A stretch of DNA of 64,000 nt from Pocillopora damicornis (lineage: Eukaryota), in contig NW_020847572.1 of assembly GCF_003704095.1 (NCBI RefSeq), forward strand, positions 248,001-312,000, read 5' to 3'. A model generated the notes under the pieces. It saw only the letters and a list, made by a program, of their open reading frames with translations, did not search any database and was not told where the DNA came from. The position numbers and the translations under genes were made by a program. The first letter of the stretch is position 1, and every line of letters begins with the position of its first letter. Shown piece after piece: positions 39,801-56,200 of the stretch.

Positions 39801-42401
39801 TAGCTGTGAGTCAGGACAAGTCATCATCCGAAAGGATTGCTGTAACATCAGCGGAATCAGTTCATACTCACCCCGCTCACCCGCTATTGTTAATCTGATT
39901 TCTGCCTCGTTGTTCCATGAGTGGAAGGAGGCGTTATTTTGTTGGCAAATGCAACTGATAACACTGCACCACTAGTGCAGAGCTTCTCGTAAGTTGTTAG
40001 TGTTCTCTCGCAAACATCTCAGGAGTAAATTAGAATTCGTCAAACAAGAGAACTGAGCAGTACTTTGTCCCCTTGAAGGCGCCAGTATAACCTTAATATC
40101 GACCACAAAATAAGTTTCGTAGCTTCAGGCTTGGAAGATAACATCTTCACGACAGCCTCGTTAATCTTGTCCTTTGAAATCGGCTTTTATTGTTTGGTAT
40201 CACTCTCACCGCACTAGGTTATTAAAGATGTCGTGATATACTTATCGCTTCGAGATAGAAAGAAAGTTACCACCTCTAAACGGACAGAGATGTTCCAAAA
40301 ATGAGATTCATTCAGAGGTGATTGCATGCTCGTCAGAAGATCCACTCAGAGTTGTTTCTGATAACTTTGTGGGTTAATCAGAGAGATAATATACTTTTCC
40401 TGATATTTCTAAAACTGACTAGAACAAAACACAAGTGAAGTTAAAGCAAACAGAAATTCAGATTTGCAATTTATTGTAAAGTATCATGATCGGTGTTCAA
40501 AGAACAATGCTTGAGGATTCATTTACGAAGTAACAATGGAAGCATAGATTCATGACCCAACAAAGAACTTTTTTCTAGTCCATGTGCTTTCAAATCAAAC
40601 ACTTCTGGATTAAACAGACTCGAAAGATTTTCAATTTACTGTAGCCAAAGTAGATCATTCATGTCACGCTTAGATTCTATCCCAAAGCTCTAGCTGCCTA
40701 GCTCTCGACCGAATGGTTGGAAATCTGTTTGAAAGTGAATCTTATTAGTTTCGGCTAGATATGAGAGGAAAAGGAAAGGACCGATGATGTTTGTATAATT
40801 TTAACGTAACTCATCTCTGTCAGTGTCAAAAGCCTATTTTTAGCTTAGCAGCTTTATCATGTTCAGTTTTAAAGTTCACACTAAATGGTTGAACTAAATG
40901 ATCCAGTTTCCTTTTTCTTTTAATTCAACCGACAAAGCTTTGACAATACGGCGATTAAACTAGGAAAGGAACTTGAAGAGGATCTTTATTAGGCATGGGG
41001 ACTAAAGTGAATAGATACGAAGTATGCGCGCCTTGAAAACAAGATTTGTCAACACCCTTTGCCTGAAATTATTTTGAAAATATCGAAATGAAGTTACGTT
41101 TGAATGTCAAGGTTTTTCTTTGAAAGTGATTGATAACTTGCGTAATTTTCCACCAGGTGAACTTTGAAGGAGACCTTGTATAATGAAGGCTTTTCCGCTC
41201 TAAATCTTTTTCAAACAAAGCCGACATCGGGAAGTGGTCGTAAATTCAATATTTGCTGAGAATTACAAATCTTTTGTACGAAGAAAATAAGTAATGTCGT
41301 GGTGAGTTTGATCATTTTGTCGCTCTAACACAGTGTGGTCAAATTGGGTCGTAATGGATCAACAAAGGAGGCGGTTCATTGTAGCATTCAAAGCAAAATT
41401 TTTTGCCAATTAGCAAAACAAATTTTCACAGAAGGACTGAACACTTTGTTTGAGCCAAAGATGATTCTGTGGTAGATATATCTTATTTTTAGCTACTGCT
41501 TTACAAGTTTCTCTGTACCTTATTAAACAAACATTTGAAGTCCTCGGCGATTTCCCTTCGACAACGACGACCGACGCTGCCGTACTGAAATCAGTTCATG
41601 AAATGTGAAAACAGCTGTCTGCAGAAAACTTTTTCCAATCCAGTTTTATTCATGGAATGTTCTCAGTTTCCAACATAACTGGCCAAAAAAGCTATTTACT
41701 AAGCTTCTCCTTCATAACAATTTAAGAAAAAGGTACATTTTGAGTTAAACATTCTTTTGGTTTGTAACTTAATTTCTCAACTTGCTTGGAAACATTCATT
41801 GCAATTTCGTTTGTAAATGATACTTCAAGAGGTCGATTATTTTACATTCGCTTTTGTACAGTATTTACAGTTCAGAAATTTGACTTACGATAATATTTTA
41901 ACAGCTCCCTCTGTTCCTAGTTTCCGCCTCGAACAATCGGCATTGATTTAATCAAGAAAAATTCAGACTTAAACATGAAAACTTGAACGCATGCGACTGC
42001 TTCGAAATAAAACAAAATTTTCGAATATCCTTGGAATTCATATATATAAATACTATGATTAGATAAAAAAAAAAACCCACTTTAATTTATAGAGAGCTTT
42101 GGAGCAGACTGCAATTGGATAAGAAATTGGTTTGGTACTCGGCACAATGGCTTTGCAGTTTATAATTCCACAGTCCAAGTTAATTTCTTTCCCTCCTCGC
42201 GGAAGAGTGCCACGAGCATAGTTGAACGATCATGTCACACATCATACCGATTTCAAACAAAGATAAATCTGATTTCCTTTGGAGCAGATTTCGTGGATTG
42301 TTTTTTTTTTTTTTTTTTTTTTTCAAGTTTCAGTGGTAGAAGTGTGTCACATCTTTGATGCAGTTCAGTAGTTCTTATTGATTCGGCCAGCTTTGCTTTT
42401 T

Positions 42402-43729
<1,328 letters not shown>

Positions 43730-43929
43730 CCTGGATTCCGAAAAGTACTGCGCTTGTTTAACGCACGGCGGCGACTTGTTTTGCGCCGTTCGCTTCTGAA
43801 CGCGGACCGTGTTACGAAACCTTTGGTAACGCTATTGGGGGTGGATTAAATTCGGTGTCTGTACTATAGTGATGTGCCGCGGTACAATAGAAGTCACCGT
43901 CGGTCGACGAGGTTGTTTTGATTGCTGTG

Positions 43930-44050
43930 TGCACGCATAATTGTCATCCAAATTAATTGAATGATTTGACAACCTCAAGTGGCGATGAGTTGTGATAGCG
44001 ATTAGCACCTAATGCTCACTTAAGGGAAAAATCTACTTCAGGGTAATTGT
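43930..44050. promoter_or_regulatory. NK1 proximal upstream motif cluster
   Basis: TGTCA (43942), TAATTG, TGATTTGACA (43962), TCAAGTGG (43975) and CACTTA (44017) within ~90 bp, 200-300 nt upstream of the ATG. Confidence 0.35.
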
Positions 44051-47000
44051 TCTGGTGAAACATGAAACCAAACTTTAGAGGGGGAAAGGGAGTTTGTCGG
44101 AAAAATCATCTCAAGAAACCAAATGCAAAACTTCTTAGTCTAGAGCTTAAGGAGGGGTCGGTTGAACAAAGGCACACATTTTGAGAAAGAGAACCACTCA
44201 TTGGTTCGTGTTCATTGACTGACGCACTGAGCAAGACTGCTGTGATCTTGCCGACAAAATGACTCGCTAAAGAAACATTCAGATTTCCGTACTTGCAAAT
44301 TGACGAATGGCGAATCCATAATCGTCTGTCGCAAGGAAACGAGTAATCTCGCCCATCTTTTAACATATGAACGGATTCTTCTAATGAAAAGTGAATTTTC
44401 GAAACGCCTTATCTTCCCTGAAGGGAAAGTTATGAGCATGTAAGTGCCCAAATATTTTGCCTTGTTTACAGTTAGAAACAGAATGAACGGAGAGGCGTAT
44501 GGATTTGTTTTGGTCTTATTTGTGTTATATTTTACCTGCTGCTACTTAAAGATAAACTTCGCTGTTGCTTGGCTTTTAAAAAAAGAACTTGTATTACCAA
44601 AAAAAAGCACAGCATCATAATTACAGTTCAATCAGCAAACGCTTTATCAATCTCTCAAATGTCTTATAACCAATTTGTTTTGTTAATTTTATTCTGTGGA
44701 ACACTTATAAGAGAAAAATTCAAAGCATGGGGCTTATTGAAGCAATGTTTAAAATAAAAATCGCCATGGGTCCAAGTTAGAGGTAAAGAGACGCCTCTTC
44801 AAGTCTTAAATGTCAAAATGACTACCATTTTAGATTCGTTCCCAAAGCGAAGAGCCGCTGTTTATGTTGTGCGTTCCCAATGTAATTAGTAGGTATCCAA
44901 ATCTTATCAGCGAAAAGTTCTCTGAAATAATCATCAGGGCCTGCCATTTGCCGAACGCGCTTTCTCCTGTGATAAGGCGGTAAATGTTTTACCGAGTTAA
45001 CAACAATGCTAATAACCAGGCCAATTAAGAACAATCTGCAAACCTCAGAGGAGATACTATCTAAAAAATTTCTTTCCTTGTGTGGCGCTCGCTCTAACAG
45101 TGGTGTTGGTTTTAGATGTGTGACGTTAATGAGGTTGCCTGTGTCGGTACTTGTGATTTAAACCGCACAAGAGCTCAATAGCCTCTTAAACAATGAAGTA
45201 TTATACAATTCAAATATTATGAATCAATTGTATAAATACCGCCATTGTGGTTTCGGAGAGGGCAACTTTAAGAGTTTCGGAAATCTGGAAGTGCGGTTGA
45301 CGGGAAGGCGGCAAGAATTGCTGCTTTGGAGTTATTGTTTCGCTCAGCAAATTATCTTTATTTTAAATAATTACTAAGGGAGACATGGAACTTTTCTGAT
45401 CCATGAAGTTTCCGCTATCTCTTTTTTTTGTTAACATTTCTACGTTGTTGGTCTTCCATGTGGCAGAAGCGCGGTTCAGTAGTTTGCATTGTTATCCTCA
45501 AAGGAAGCGTTTGTAAAGAAGTTATTATTCGAAAACAAGTACAGGAAATTAAATCATTAAAATGAAAGGCTATGGAGCAGAAACGCTACCTTAGCCCGAA
45601 GCAAAAACACTCACCGCAGAGCGAAACCTCGTAATGAAGAATAAACTTAAATGCGGGGTCTGAAACTTGTGATATACAGCACGTGTCTATGGAGACATGA
45701 AAACCGAAAACTAGGGACTAGAAACCGAAGAAAAATGCAAATAAACACAAGGCTATTTGTTCAAGTTGCAACCACGACAAAAAACCTTCGCAGTTCATCA
45801 AATATTGTCTGCTTTTATGAATTCAAAATTGGCGAGCCCAAACAACGCCAGCTGGAGGTTGAAATAAGTAAATAAACTCGTGTGAAGTAAGAAAACAATG
45901 CAGTCGGTTGTAAATGTCCACTCGCCAGGGAATACTGAAGGAAAATACGGATGTTATTGACTCGAGCTCATGAGAACGTGCGAAATTTCATGATCTGTTC
46001 CCACGACAGTTTTGCATTCGTTCTTTATTGGTTGGAAAACTTAGAAAACAAACATGAATGAAATATACTCAAAACATTAATTACCCTTTTACTTAAATGT
46101 AAACAAATACGCTAAACAAGAAAGGTTTCTTTACATCGAGAATATTTATAATTGTTAAGTAATACTAGTATAGCTTTAATTAAGTTGTGTGTGTGTTTTT
46201 AGTTTTAATTGTTCGTGTACACACGTTTTCCTTTATCGTTTGCAGATGGAGACAGGATTCCTTACGCACTGCTTCTGAGCTTAAGAGAAGTACTTTAAAT
46301 GCAATAGTATCTTTTATACGCTTATTAATCGATCTTCGTTGATATAAAGTTCTCAGATATGTGCACAATTTCAAGGTCATTAAAACTGTTTAAGATTCTA
46401 CTTCAACCTCAACACGAAACCGACAACCTAAATAGGAAATCCACTGATTACTGAAAGCGACATGCAAAAACACTTCTAGAAAATGCTGAGACATGATAAT
46501 CAAAATACTGTTATGGGGAGAGTGAGGGAAATTAAAAAAAAATACTTATATATATAAGACAAAAATGATCACACGGTAAAGACATGACTAAGACTTGATT
46601 TTATCGGATTAAAATGTGATAAATTATGCGGAATTTTAAACACTACGAAATATTAATTCAGCCTTGACCATTTAAATCATTCTAAGGCCAAAGAAAACCG
46701 TATTTCCTCAGGTTTTGAAGGCAATAATACTGAGCACAATTTATTTGGTTTTAAGTGGGAGGACCGAACAAAATCAAAAGACCAACAAAAGCAATCAAGA
46801 GGAAATAATGAAAATATAATCTCCTGAAGAAACATATAAATTTTTTTACTTATAGTGTTTTGCCGGGTTTTTAAAAAGGCCATTAACGGTCTAGGTTAAA
46901 TGTCATATTTGAATGGGTCTAACCTGTAGTTTTACGTAACATTAAGCTAATACCACACAAAATGTTCGCTCCCACATGCGCTTTTAAACAAGATAAAAGA

Positions 47001-47136
47001 ATTAAATCTAAATTTAACGCTCAATCCTTACGGAATGGCACTGAACCCATGTCCATCGTGAACAACTGCATGATCCCAACTTGTATTTTTTCTAAGCGAA
47101 TATCACAATTTTAGCCCAACGGTCGGTCTGTTTAGC

Positions 47137-47283
47137 TCTGTTACTCCAAAGATCTCATTAGTAATTAGTAATTTTTTTCTCTGTAATTATTTTTCTCTAT
47201 TCTCATCTCTTGCCTGCTTGATATTGTATTGATATTATAGGGAGAAATTCTTTATTGGTCACCCTTGGGAGTGAAAAGATTAA
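47137..47283. mobile_element. Internally deleted piggyBac-like MITE
   Basis: actccaaagatctcattagtaatt...gggagaaattc...ggtcacccttgggagtgaaaagattaa. Confidence 0.65.
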
Positions 47284-50200
47284 ATTTCATGCCCTAGACT
47301 GAGGCTGTACAGTCACAAGTCCTGATCAGTTTACCAAGTCAAGGAAGAAAGGCGAGTTGCTATATGAAAACGTTCCTTTGATCTCCTTGTATTCTGAAAT
47401 TTGAGGAAATTACTGGAAACGAAATTGAAAACACAGTACGACCAAATTAAGGCATGTCCGCTCTCAGCTGCTCAGCTAATTCGGCGAAACAGTGAAGCAA
47501 AAAATTTCCCTCCCAAATTCCTTCATTTTGTTGGGGTTTCAAGATCAGTGCATATGCATTAAATATCATCCTTGTCATTATTGCGTGTTTTTCATCTTCC
47601 ATTTTATTAAGACACACTGAAGTGTACCCAAGCGTGTTACTGGTTCCGAACTTAGCCTCAACCAAAAACAAAAATGGACAAAGTGGAAAGAAAAGGGCTT
47701 TGTGACATCTATGTAGCCCTGCTTGAGCTATAATGTAACTCTGCGTTCCTATCAACTCGAAAGTTTCCTTTCCAGCTCACTAAGCTTTCGCAAGGCTGTT
47801 GGCAAAATTTGGAACGAGGAGCGAGTCTTATCTTAAGTTGCGTGTGTTTCTGACATAACAAACATTTTACTTTATCTCAATAATTAAATATTAATCAAGG
47901 AAAAGGTTTAAGGTGTACTTTTAATGAGAGAAGTAGCAGTTAAGCTTTATGCTCGTCTTGTTGCTTATTCAAGAGCTAAAAATGAAGATTGCTACATCAA
48001 GAATAATATTTTCACGGTGGCAATAAGTGACAGCAGTTTCAAGGGGTTACCTTTAAGGTAGAGAGTTACTACTGCAAACAGATTTCTATCGGTCAACTCA
48101 ATACCGTAAGAAATTAACCTGTTAAAGTTGCCGAACATCATGATTGCGATGAGGGGAATTAAATAAATATAATTGCCTCTAATCATTTTTCGTTCTAAGA
48201 GGGGAGCAGTTAAATAAAAGAGGACCTCAAAAAATGTAATTACCTGAGTGCCACCAAGGTTTCTTCTGGGTTATGATTCTCCATCACACCTTACTGATCC
48301 GTGAGTTTTCAACTTTCACGTTTGTTACGAGTGAAAAGACCTCGTCGTATATCTAAGCCCTTAGTGAGTTATGATAAACTCCCACAAAGCTGGCCCTCGT
48401 ATTATATACTATTATACGTATTGTTACTTTTCAATCAAATATCCTCTGTCCCACTCGGATGTAATTCCTATTTCCTAGTTTTGTTTTTAAAGCTTTTTGA
48501 AAGGACTGCCGGCAAGTGATGGTTAATATATACCAGTTGATAACATAGTTATTAAACTCGCTCTCGGAGTGGTGAATCGGCACGAGGCTTATTACATTGT
48601 CAATAACAGACAAAAAAGCTTTTCATAATCACATCCTTGTTTTCACAAATGTTCCCTTAAAAGAAAGTACAATTATTCAATGGAAGTACATCTTAGCTGC
48701 GTTATTTTGAATTCCGGTACCTTTAATTTCGTTTATCACATAGTTTGCTTCCTTTAAATGTTTTATGCAAACTCAAAAGCTATTGATATTGGTCGTTGTT
48801 TACCTTTCAGATATTGAATACGCCATTGTGGTGCTATAACACCTTCTCAAAACACAGTCATGTTAAAGTCATAATCATACCCTCATAAATGAAGTTCTCG
48901 TTTTTTGTGTTCTACGCGAAATAATGATTCATTACCTCTCTTGATTAACTCATTTCAAAGTTAAGATTCTAACAAAAGTGAACCCCACCAATCGGAAATT
49001 TTCTCAACATTTGCCTGACAGCTCTTGAAAGCTTCTTTTTTTTTTTTTTTTTTAAGAAAATGGAAACTTAATTATAAATTCCCTTCAAGTTAAATTCATT
49101 AAATTTTGACGAGAAAAGTAATAGATCTAATAAAGCTGTGATGTTAGTATATGGGTTGTTCTCATTGTCAAAAGTTATTATTTGAGGAATGATCGCTTAT
49201 TGATAAAGAGACATCTTCCAATGTGCCACTTTCCGTGTAGATTTCGCCTTGTTTTGTTTATCACAATGAATCGTGACTGGAATTAGATAATGGAAAACTC
49301 CGTTAAGTTGCTAAAAGCTTTTTCCATCTGCCATTAAAACCAAGTTCAATTTGTTTATAAATTTTAGAATATAGCGGTTTTGGTTTTTCCATATAAAGCC
49401 GAATGCGGTATTCTCTAACAATATGATTTTAAATGGAGTAGTGTCTTTCAAATTCTTTTTCAAAGATGCATCGAAAATCTTATTTTAGAACGTTTTGCAA
49501 TTCATGTTCCGTTATCAAGTTACAACAAAAATCTGTGAAAGTGACATTGACAACAGATTTTTGAAGGATAATGATAGAATTGTGTTTGTACTTCGCAGTG
49601 TTGGCTTCTCTGCCAATACATATTTTAAAGTGGGTGAAATCTTACACGATTTCCTTCTTCGTAGACATTCCGTAATTTTGGATTCACTCTTTACACTTCT
49701 ACCTTACTTATCGCCTCGTGCTATGAATTGAACGATTAATAAATCAATTAAAACTAAACGCATGGAAAAAACTTCACTCGAGTGAATTTTGTTTTTTATT
49801 GAAGAGTTGCAGCTGTTATTGAGGAACCCGAAGTCGATCAAACACAGGTAAAAATTGTAAAATTGTATATAAAATTGTGTATGGTCAACTTAACAGCTCC
49901 TAACCCCTTCCATTAATAGTATTTTTTGGCTTTTAGGCACCTTAACATCTTTTGTAAAAGATAACAGAAAATTTACTTAAAGTGAAAATAATATAAATTA
50001 AATCAGCAAACATATTTTATTAAATGAGATAAATTTATATTTTTTTAGCCGTAGTGCATTAGTAAAATTAATATCTTTTATCCCCGGCATTTTAGCAGAG
50101 CATATATATGCCTTTTATCCTATCCTTTTATGTTCTAAAAACATGAATATGGGCCCTTTTCCGCAAAATGCGTGTTACGATCAATACCTTAAGAATGCGA

Positions 50201-53200
50201 GATTTACATTTCTGTCGCTTATTAAATAATACTCTCTTTTTTCCTAATCAAGATGAAGCCGATTTAAACGTCAGCAACAATATTACTATTTGCTCGGATC
50301 AAATAGAACAAACAGTTCTAACTTATCAAAAGCCCTACTTCTTTACTTGAATTTGTGGCCAATTAAAACTGAAATTTAATCTTTGGCTATTTTAGCTTAG
50401 AATTGTTGTGAAAATTTTATTTGGGTGAAAATACAAGGCTCAGGTTTAATAAACTTCAAAGTGGATCATTCCTAGGGCAGGCTTTTAGTTTATTAATTTC
50501 ACGATTACATTTTATTCTCGTTATCTATTATAATAAGAAAAAACGTTCTCTTGATCCGCCAATTTTTATTAAATTTGTTCGTTGAAATAAATCAAGTCAA
50601 AATTGAAATAAGCTTCGAAGTTTCTATGTGGAATGAAGGCGAACTTCTTACCCAGTGAATTTAATCACTGTTCAAATACAGTTTTCGGCGGATGACTCAT
50701 CTCTGAACAATACCCGGTTTTCTTCTTAGCAGTCTAAGCGGGTGCTTAAGTCGACAGCCATTATTATTATCTTTCATTTGCTCACTTAGTAAGGCAACAA
50801 TTGCGCTACTAAACTGTCAACCGAAGCGATCGGATTAGTTGAGCGTGCGAATTTGGTCACTTCAAGGTGAATGTGTCATTACGTGCCCATTGTCGCAATT
50901 CTTTTGTTTGGAGCTCAAGCTCGATTCATGCGGTCTCCAAGTGAGCGAAAAACGAGTTGATATTATTTAAGGCCTCTGAAGTCACGAAACCAGAATTTGG
51001 AAATAAAAGACCGTATATGTCTCTTCACCATTTCTTGAAATTCCGTTTAAAAAAAATCGATTTCTTGTAGTCTGTGACTGTTGTTTTTCGAAAATCATAT
51101 TACATAGTGTTCTACTAAAAATTTTACCGTCGTTTCTGAATTTTTTTTTAATGTGACGTAAATAAAAAAAATTTATATATACGTTCTTTTAAACTAACGG
51201 AGAGTATGTATATGAATTGGCGAATTTAAAAAGAAATTATCAAGTTGATTTTCAACGAAGAATTAAGTGGATTAAGAGATTATTACTTTCCTTGCTGGTT
51301 TTTTAAATTCCTGCCCTTGTGGGCATGTTTTAATTTCCGGAATTAGGGTCGTAATGGACTACAGAGCATTTTCAGAACGAAGAACTTAAGGTAGCCTTTG
51401 GGTCGGGCTAACGACATCAGTTTTATTATGATTGAGTACTACGTTAGACGTCTGAAACGACTCGCGTCTGTTGCTTGAGGGTTTTATAAATCAAAAGTTT
51501 CAAGTAGCCATGAAACTTCGCTTTAAAGTTGTTGAATTCCTCTTCTTATCACTATATTGCTGTATTCTTGCAAGATTTAGGTTAAATATTCTGGTAGGTG
51601 TTACACTACGGCTCGTTACGACTAGCTGTAGCTAACGACGAACAGTGTTTATCTTATTTTGTATTTCAAACTTGTAATTGAATTTATGACTGGTAATTTG
51701 GTTTTTACTAAAATTTACAGGTTTAGTATTTGAGTAAATGCATCGGAAAATCCGTCAATTTATATCTGAACCTTTTTCTTAAAACATCCAAGTTAGCTTT
51801 TGACAACGAATGATTGTCAGTCTAATTTTTAGCTCAAAGCTTAGTTGGTTATTTCAAAATCATTTGAGAACCGTTTATGATTTTTAAGCAAGATGCATTA
51901 CAAATTTATCTAACTTAGATAATTAGTCGAAGTAACCGCAAATTGACAGACTTAAGGGAAAATTTACTGTACGTTTATATACAAGGAAATGATAGAGGAT
52001 CGGCCGAGCGCACCGTTGTGGAGTTTACCAGCTGACTTCTCGAAGTAAGCCAGGTCCTTAATCTCGGGTGATTTAATACCACAGACGTAGACGGCACAGA
52101 CGAAAGTGATCTTCGGTAATATTCATTTTGTACTTTCAGCTGTTAGACTGCACAACGGAGGGCGGAAATATTGCCTTGTCAAGTTACAGTTGATAAGCGA
52201 CTGACCAAGTGATTTCGTAAACACATGTTTTCTCAGAGATGTGCTCCGCTGTAGCTGATCGTGTGAGGAAAACTCGGATACTTTGTTTGGGATATAGGAA
52301 GTTGAAAGCTGTTACCATCATCACGGAAATCCTAACAACAATCCGAAAACAATTGAACTTGGCTGCAGGGTCTTTTAGCCATTTCATGGGCTAGTAAAGA
52401 ATAAATTTTGGAATTTCAGACCTTTGCATTTCTCCTTTCAAATGGTAGTCTCTTTGGAGCTGCTGCGATGGCGCAAGTTGTCTGATCAATAATTCTGACA
52501 TTGCCCGACTTCAAGGTTCAAAATTGTTCAAACAAATCTGATTAACTAAGCAAACCTTATCATGTGAAAGTAGCGGGATATTTCAAAGCATTAAAAAGTA
52601 AACATTGGACATGGTTGCGCTGGCAAATAAATCAACAGCATCTCTTCTCAAAGCTTATTTAATGTGTCTGCAAACATTCTAGTTACATGATGATATTGTA
52701 TGTATACCGGTAATGAAATATAAATTAAAATGGTGAGGCTTTCATTTCTCAATATTGGACAAGCTCCCACTACTGTTCAGCTAATCATATACGCTTGCCA
52801 ATCGGAGTCAAATTTATTGGGATTAACGTCAGTTATCCTTCAGGTTTAGAAAAGCTTATGGGTTAAAATCTCAACTACACTTTGAAAAATCGAAAATTGT
52901 ATTGCTTACCGGCAAAATGTGCATCAGAACTTAGGAAATTTGACCAATCTGTGGTAAAATAGAATACGAAAGGGTATTTTTCCTCGAAGCTTTATGGCGA
53001 ATGGAAACTAATTTCGCGAGAATTATTATTTTTTCCTCTTTTTACTCTTTCGGTGTGGCCAAATTGTCTCGTCTTAAATTATTCAATTGACAACACTGAC
53101 ATTGAACATTGAAGTTTTCTGAATACCTATCTCAATTACAAAAGAAAATTTCAATTTACTTATCGGTCGATTTAATTTATTGCAAGGAGACCGGAACTCT

Positions 53201-56200
53201 ACCAGGTTAATGGTGAATTGGGCATAAAAAAGAATCCCTAAATAGCCTTGTTCAGATAAAGTTATTAGATTTATTTTCGTTGTCTTTATTTAAGCTTGCT
53301 TATAAAGAAAGCTCTTTTTATGTAAAAACCACGAATCTCCTGCAGGTTTTTGGCTGGTAGAGGATATTAAAGGTGGTGATTTCCGAGGTTATATTTTAAA
53401 TGCTTTTGTTCTGTAAAGATGATTAACTCGCGATAAACCAAACTTTAAGTCCCCGCTGAGATTTCTTTGAAGTTTGGGTCAATATTTTTCGCTAGTAAAA
53501 CATGTGCTTTTAAAAATTCTCTTGTAAAATAAAAACAGATGAATGAAGATATTCGCTATCATGTACCCAACTCCCTTTTCTCTTTCACACGCTCATAAAA
53601 ACGCCCAGAAAATTAAGAAAATGCTTTTCCTATTTACGAAGCGAACGAGACAATTTTTTAAGTCAAAGGAGGTGCTTATGCTTTTAGCAGTGTACAACAA
53701 AAGCGGGAAGTTGAAGGGACAACTGACAACTTCAGCCGACATGGAGTCCAAAGCGACAAATGATATACAAAAGAACTGAGAAAGAAAAACATAAAAACAC
53801 AATTCCATTTATGCGCCGGAAGCCTAGAGAAATATGTCGTTATCGAGATAAATTATCACCGATCATTTTAACTCGGCTATTGTCAAAATCAAGCTTGATA
53901 AGAAACATCAGCTGCGGTGCTTTCGGTAGAAACCGTGTGTTATCGATTTTTATCTACGCATTGCCCCATCTTATAAGCTCTCTATCTTTCAGTTTTTTCT
54001 GTTCGGTTCCGAAAGAGTCTTTGATTAATGGAAGCATTGATTATTCAAAGATGAGTCTTCTTTTCATCCAATTGAAATAGTTAGTTAACGAAGGAAAAAA
54101 GAGTTTTATAAATACTCGCAGAGAGCGATTTTAAAATCGCATATTTGTCCCCATTCATGGCTGATAAAGATAATTTAGAGCTTCAGTGAAAAGAATTAAG
54201 ATTGTTTTGTCAAAAAAATGGCGCCGATGGACACGGTCACAGCTATCTTATTTCGCACTTAATTGCACAGAAAGAGGCAATATTAAATTTTTATACCCGA
54301 GGCTAAAATTAAATGATTTATTACCCATTATCGGTTTCTACAAAGACAGGGACAGAGAGTACTTATACTGTTCGCGCAGAGCCATCAATAAGAGCTGAAG
54401 CTGCTGAAAAAATTAAAATTAAGTTTAGCGTTACAAAAGACGTCTGAAGTGATAAGTGCATCATCAGATCACAAGATTTCCGGTTGAGAATAAGCTTTTA
54501 AGTTTTCAGAAAAGACGTCCGTCCATCCTCCTAGACTAGACAGAAGAGTTGAAAGAGCCATTAAATGGATTGGCGTCTGCATCAGAGATCACTCGGACAA
54601 TTTATGAACAGCGAACGAATTTCCATTTCGATGTCACGAATCTCATACTTTTGTGACGTTTGCAATCCCCAACGCAAGTCTTTTTTGTCCAATATCAGTT
54701 TATAAATCAAATATTGGCTTATCCCACATGGCAGATAGCCACGGTATTGTTATCATAGCCGGTCCAATAAAGATATATTGCTTCCCTGAACAATAATGGA
54801 AGGTGAGTGTCTTAAGTGCAAATTTATAACACATTTATCTCTAATAATGCAGTCTGCAAGCTGCTTGAAGTGTACTGCCACTGGACTTTCAGAGGGCTGC
54901 AAGAAAGATATGAGAAGTTTGTGGCATGGCTTAGTTGTGAATCAACCTTTCACTCCAAGGAGAGAGCAAACAGGATTTCCTCATCACAATAAAAATACAA
55001 TTTTAAGCAGAAAGTTCAGATGAGAAGAAAAAATGAATATAAACTGGTGCATGGACAACGTCTGATTGACAACTTATCTTCAGAATTAAATCTATGAGAA
55101 AAGTATGGAAGATGTCGAGGAGGCAATATTGGTGTTTACAACTCAGCAGAGGACATTGAACGGTTAATGGAGATGATAGCCTGGTAATGACCGTGTAATT
55201 TCGCTGGAAAAGCAGCCGACATCGTCAAAGCATGAATCCACAAGCACAGCTTGTTGTCAAATTTTCTATTTCCCTCCCATCGTTATTAATTGTTGACTGA
55301 TCATTCCTCGTTTTAAGCTCAGAAAAAGGCATAGATACATTGACTCTTCCGTAGGGGTTACATTTTATGGAACGTTTTGCTTATTGTTTGCCCAAACCGA
55401 TATTAATACCTGATCGTCTTTAGATCATGCAGTATGTAATACCATCTGAAACCACGACTGAAGAATTTTATCTTATTGTCGGGTAGAAACTACATGTCGT
55501 TAAGGATATTTATTTTAAAAAAATACCGGTCTGCGAGTTCTCCTCAAACTCCCCAATAGCGATAATGACCGCAATGAAAGTGAAGTTTAGGTAAATAAGG
55601 CCCCCTATTGCACGGCTATTAAATCCGGCGCATCTAAAGGAAAAAGCCATTTATTGTCATACAATCAAAGATTGATGCTTTTGTCGGCAAAATATAAGGT
55701 CATCACTACTTTAAAGGCTATTATGTCTTTCGTCAAATCAATTGCTCGTGCTTAAAGATCAATGTCAGTAGAACCGCCAAAGGAAGACCGATGTAAAGTA
55801 GGAAATATAATCACCGTCACAGTGCTGAAACGGTTAATAAGAGACCCAAATTACAATCAATCAGCGAGAATTAGGCCGAGCCGAAAAAGCAGAGTATTTC
55901 AGTTTGTTACGGGGAATTTGCACCAATTTATAAAGCTCTGGTTGAAATTTTTTTTGTGACTTGTGAACGCAGAGTGATCATCCATCACGAACAGTCTGAA
56001 GATTTTTGAAATTTTGAAATTATTTTCCTTTCCTCCCGTGTACTGGTACTTCTTTTGGTGTTGGACCCAAAAATCTGATGGGAAGAAAATCCATCCATCG
56101 GAAATAGCCCTTCGATCAGCAGAATCATGTGTCTTGGCCCAACAACATGGCAAAATGACCTCAGCCACGTCTCGAATCTAATTTTCCTGAGGGAGCCTAC

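Noticed and set aside
55899-56168. 89-aa ORF with FVMDDHSAF, faintly like a DDE transposase motif
   Set aside because: No other catalytic motifs, TIRs or splice context; cannot be supported.
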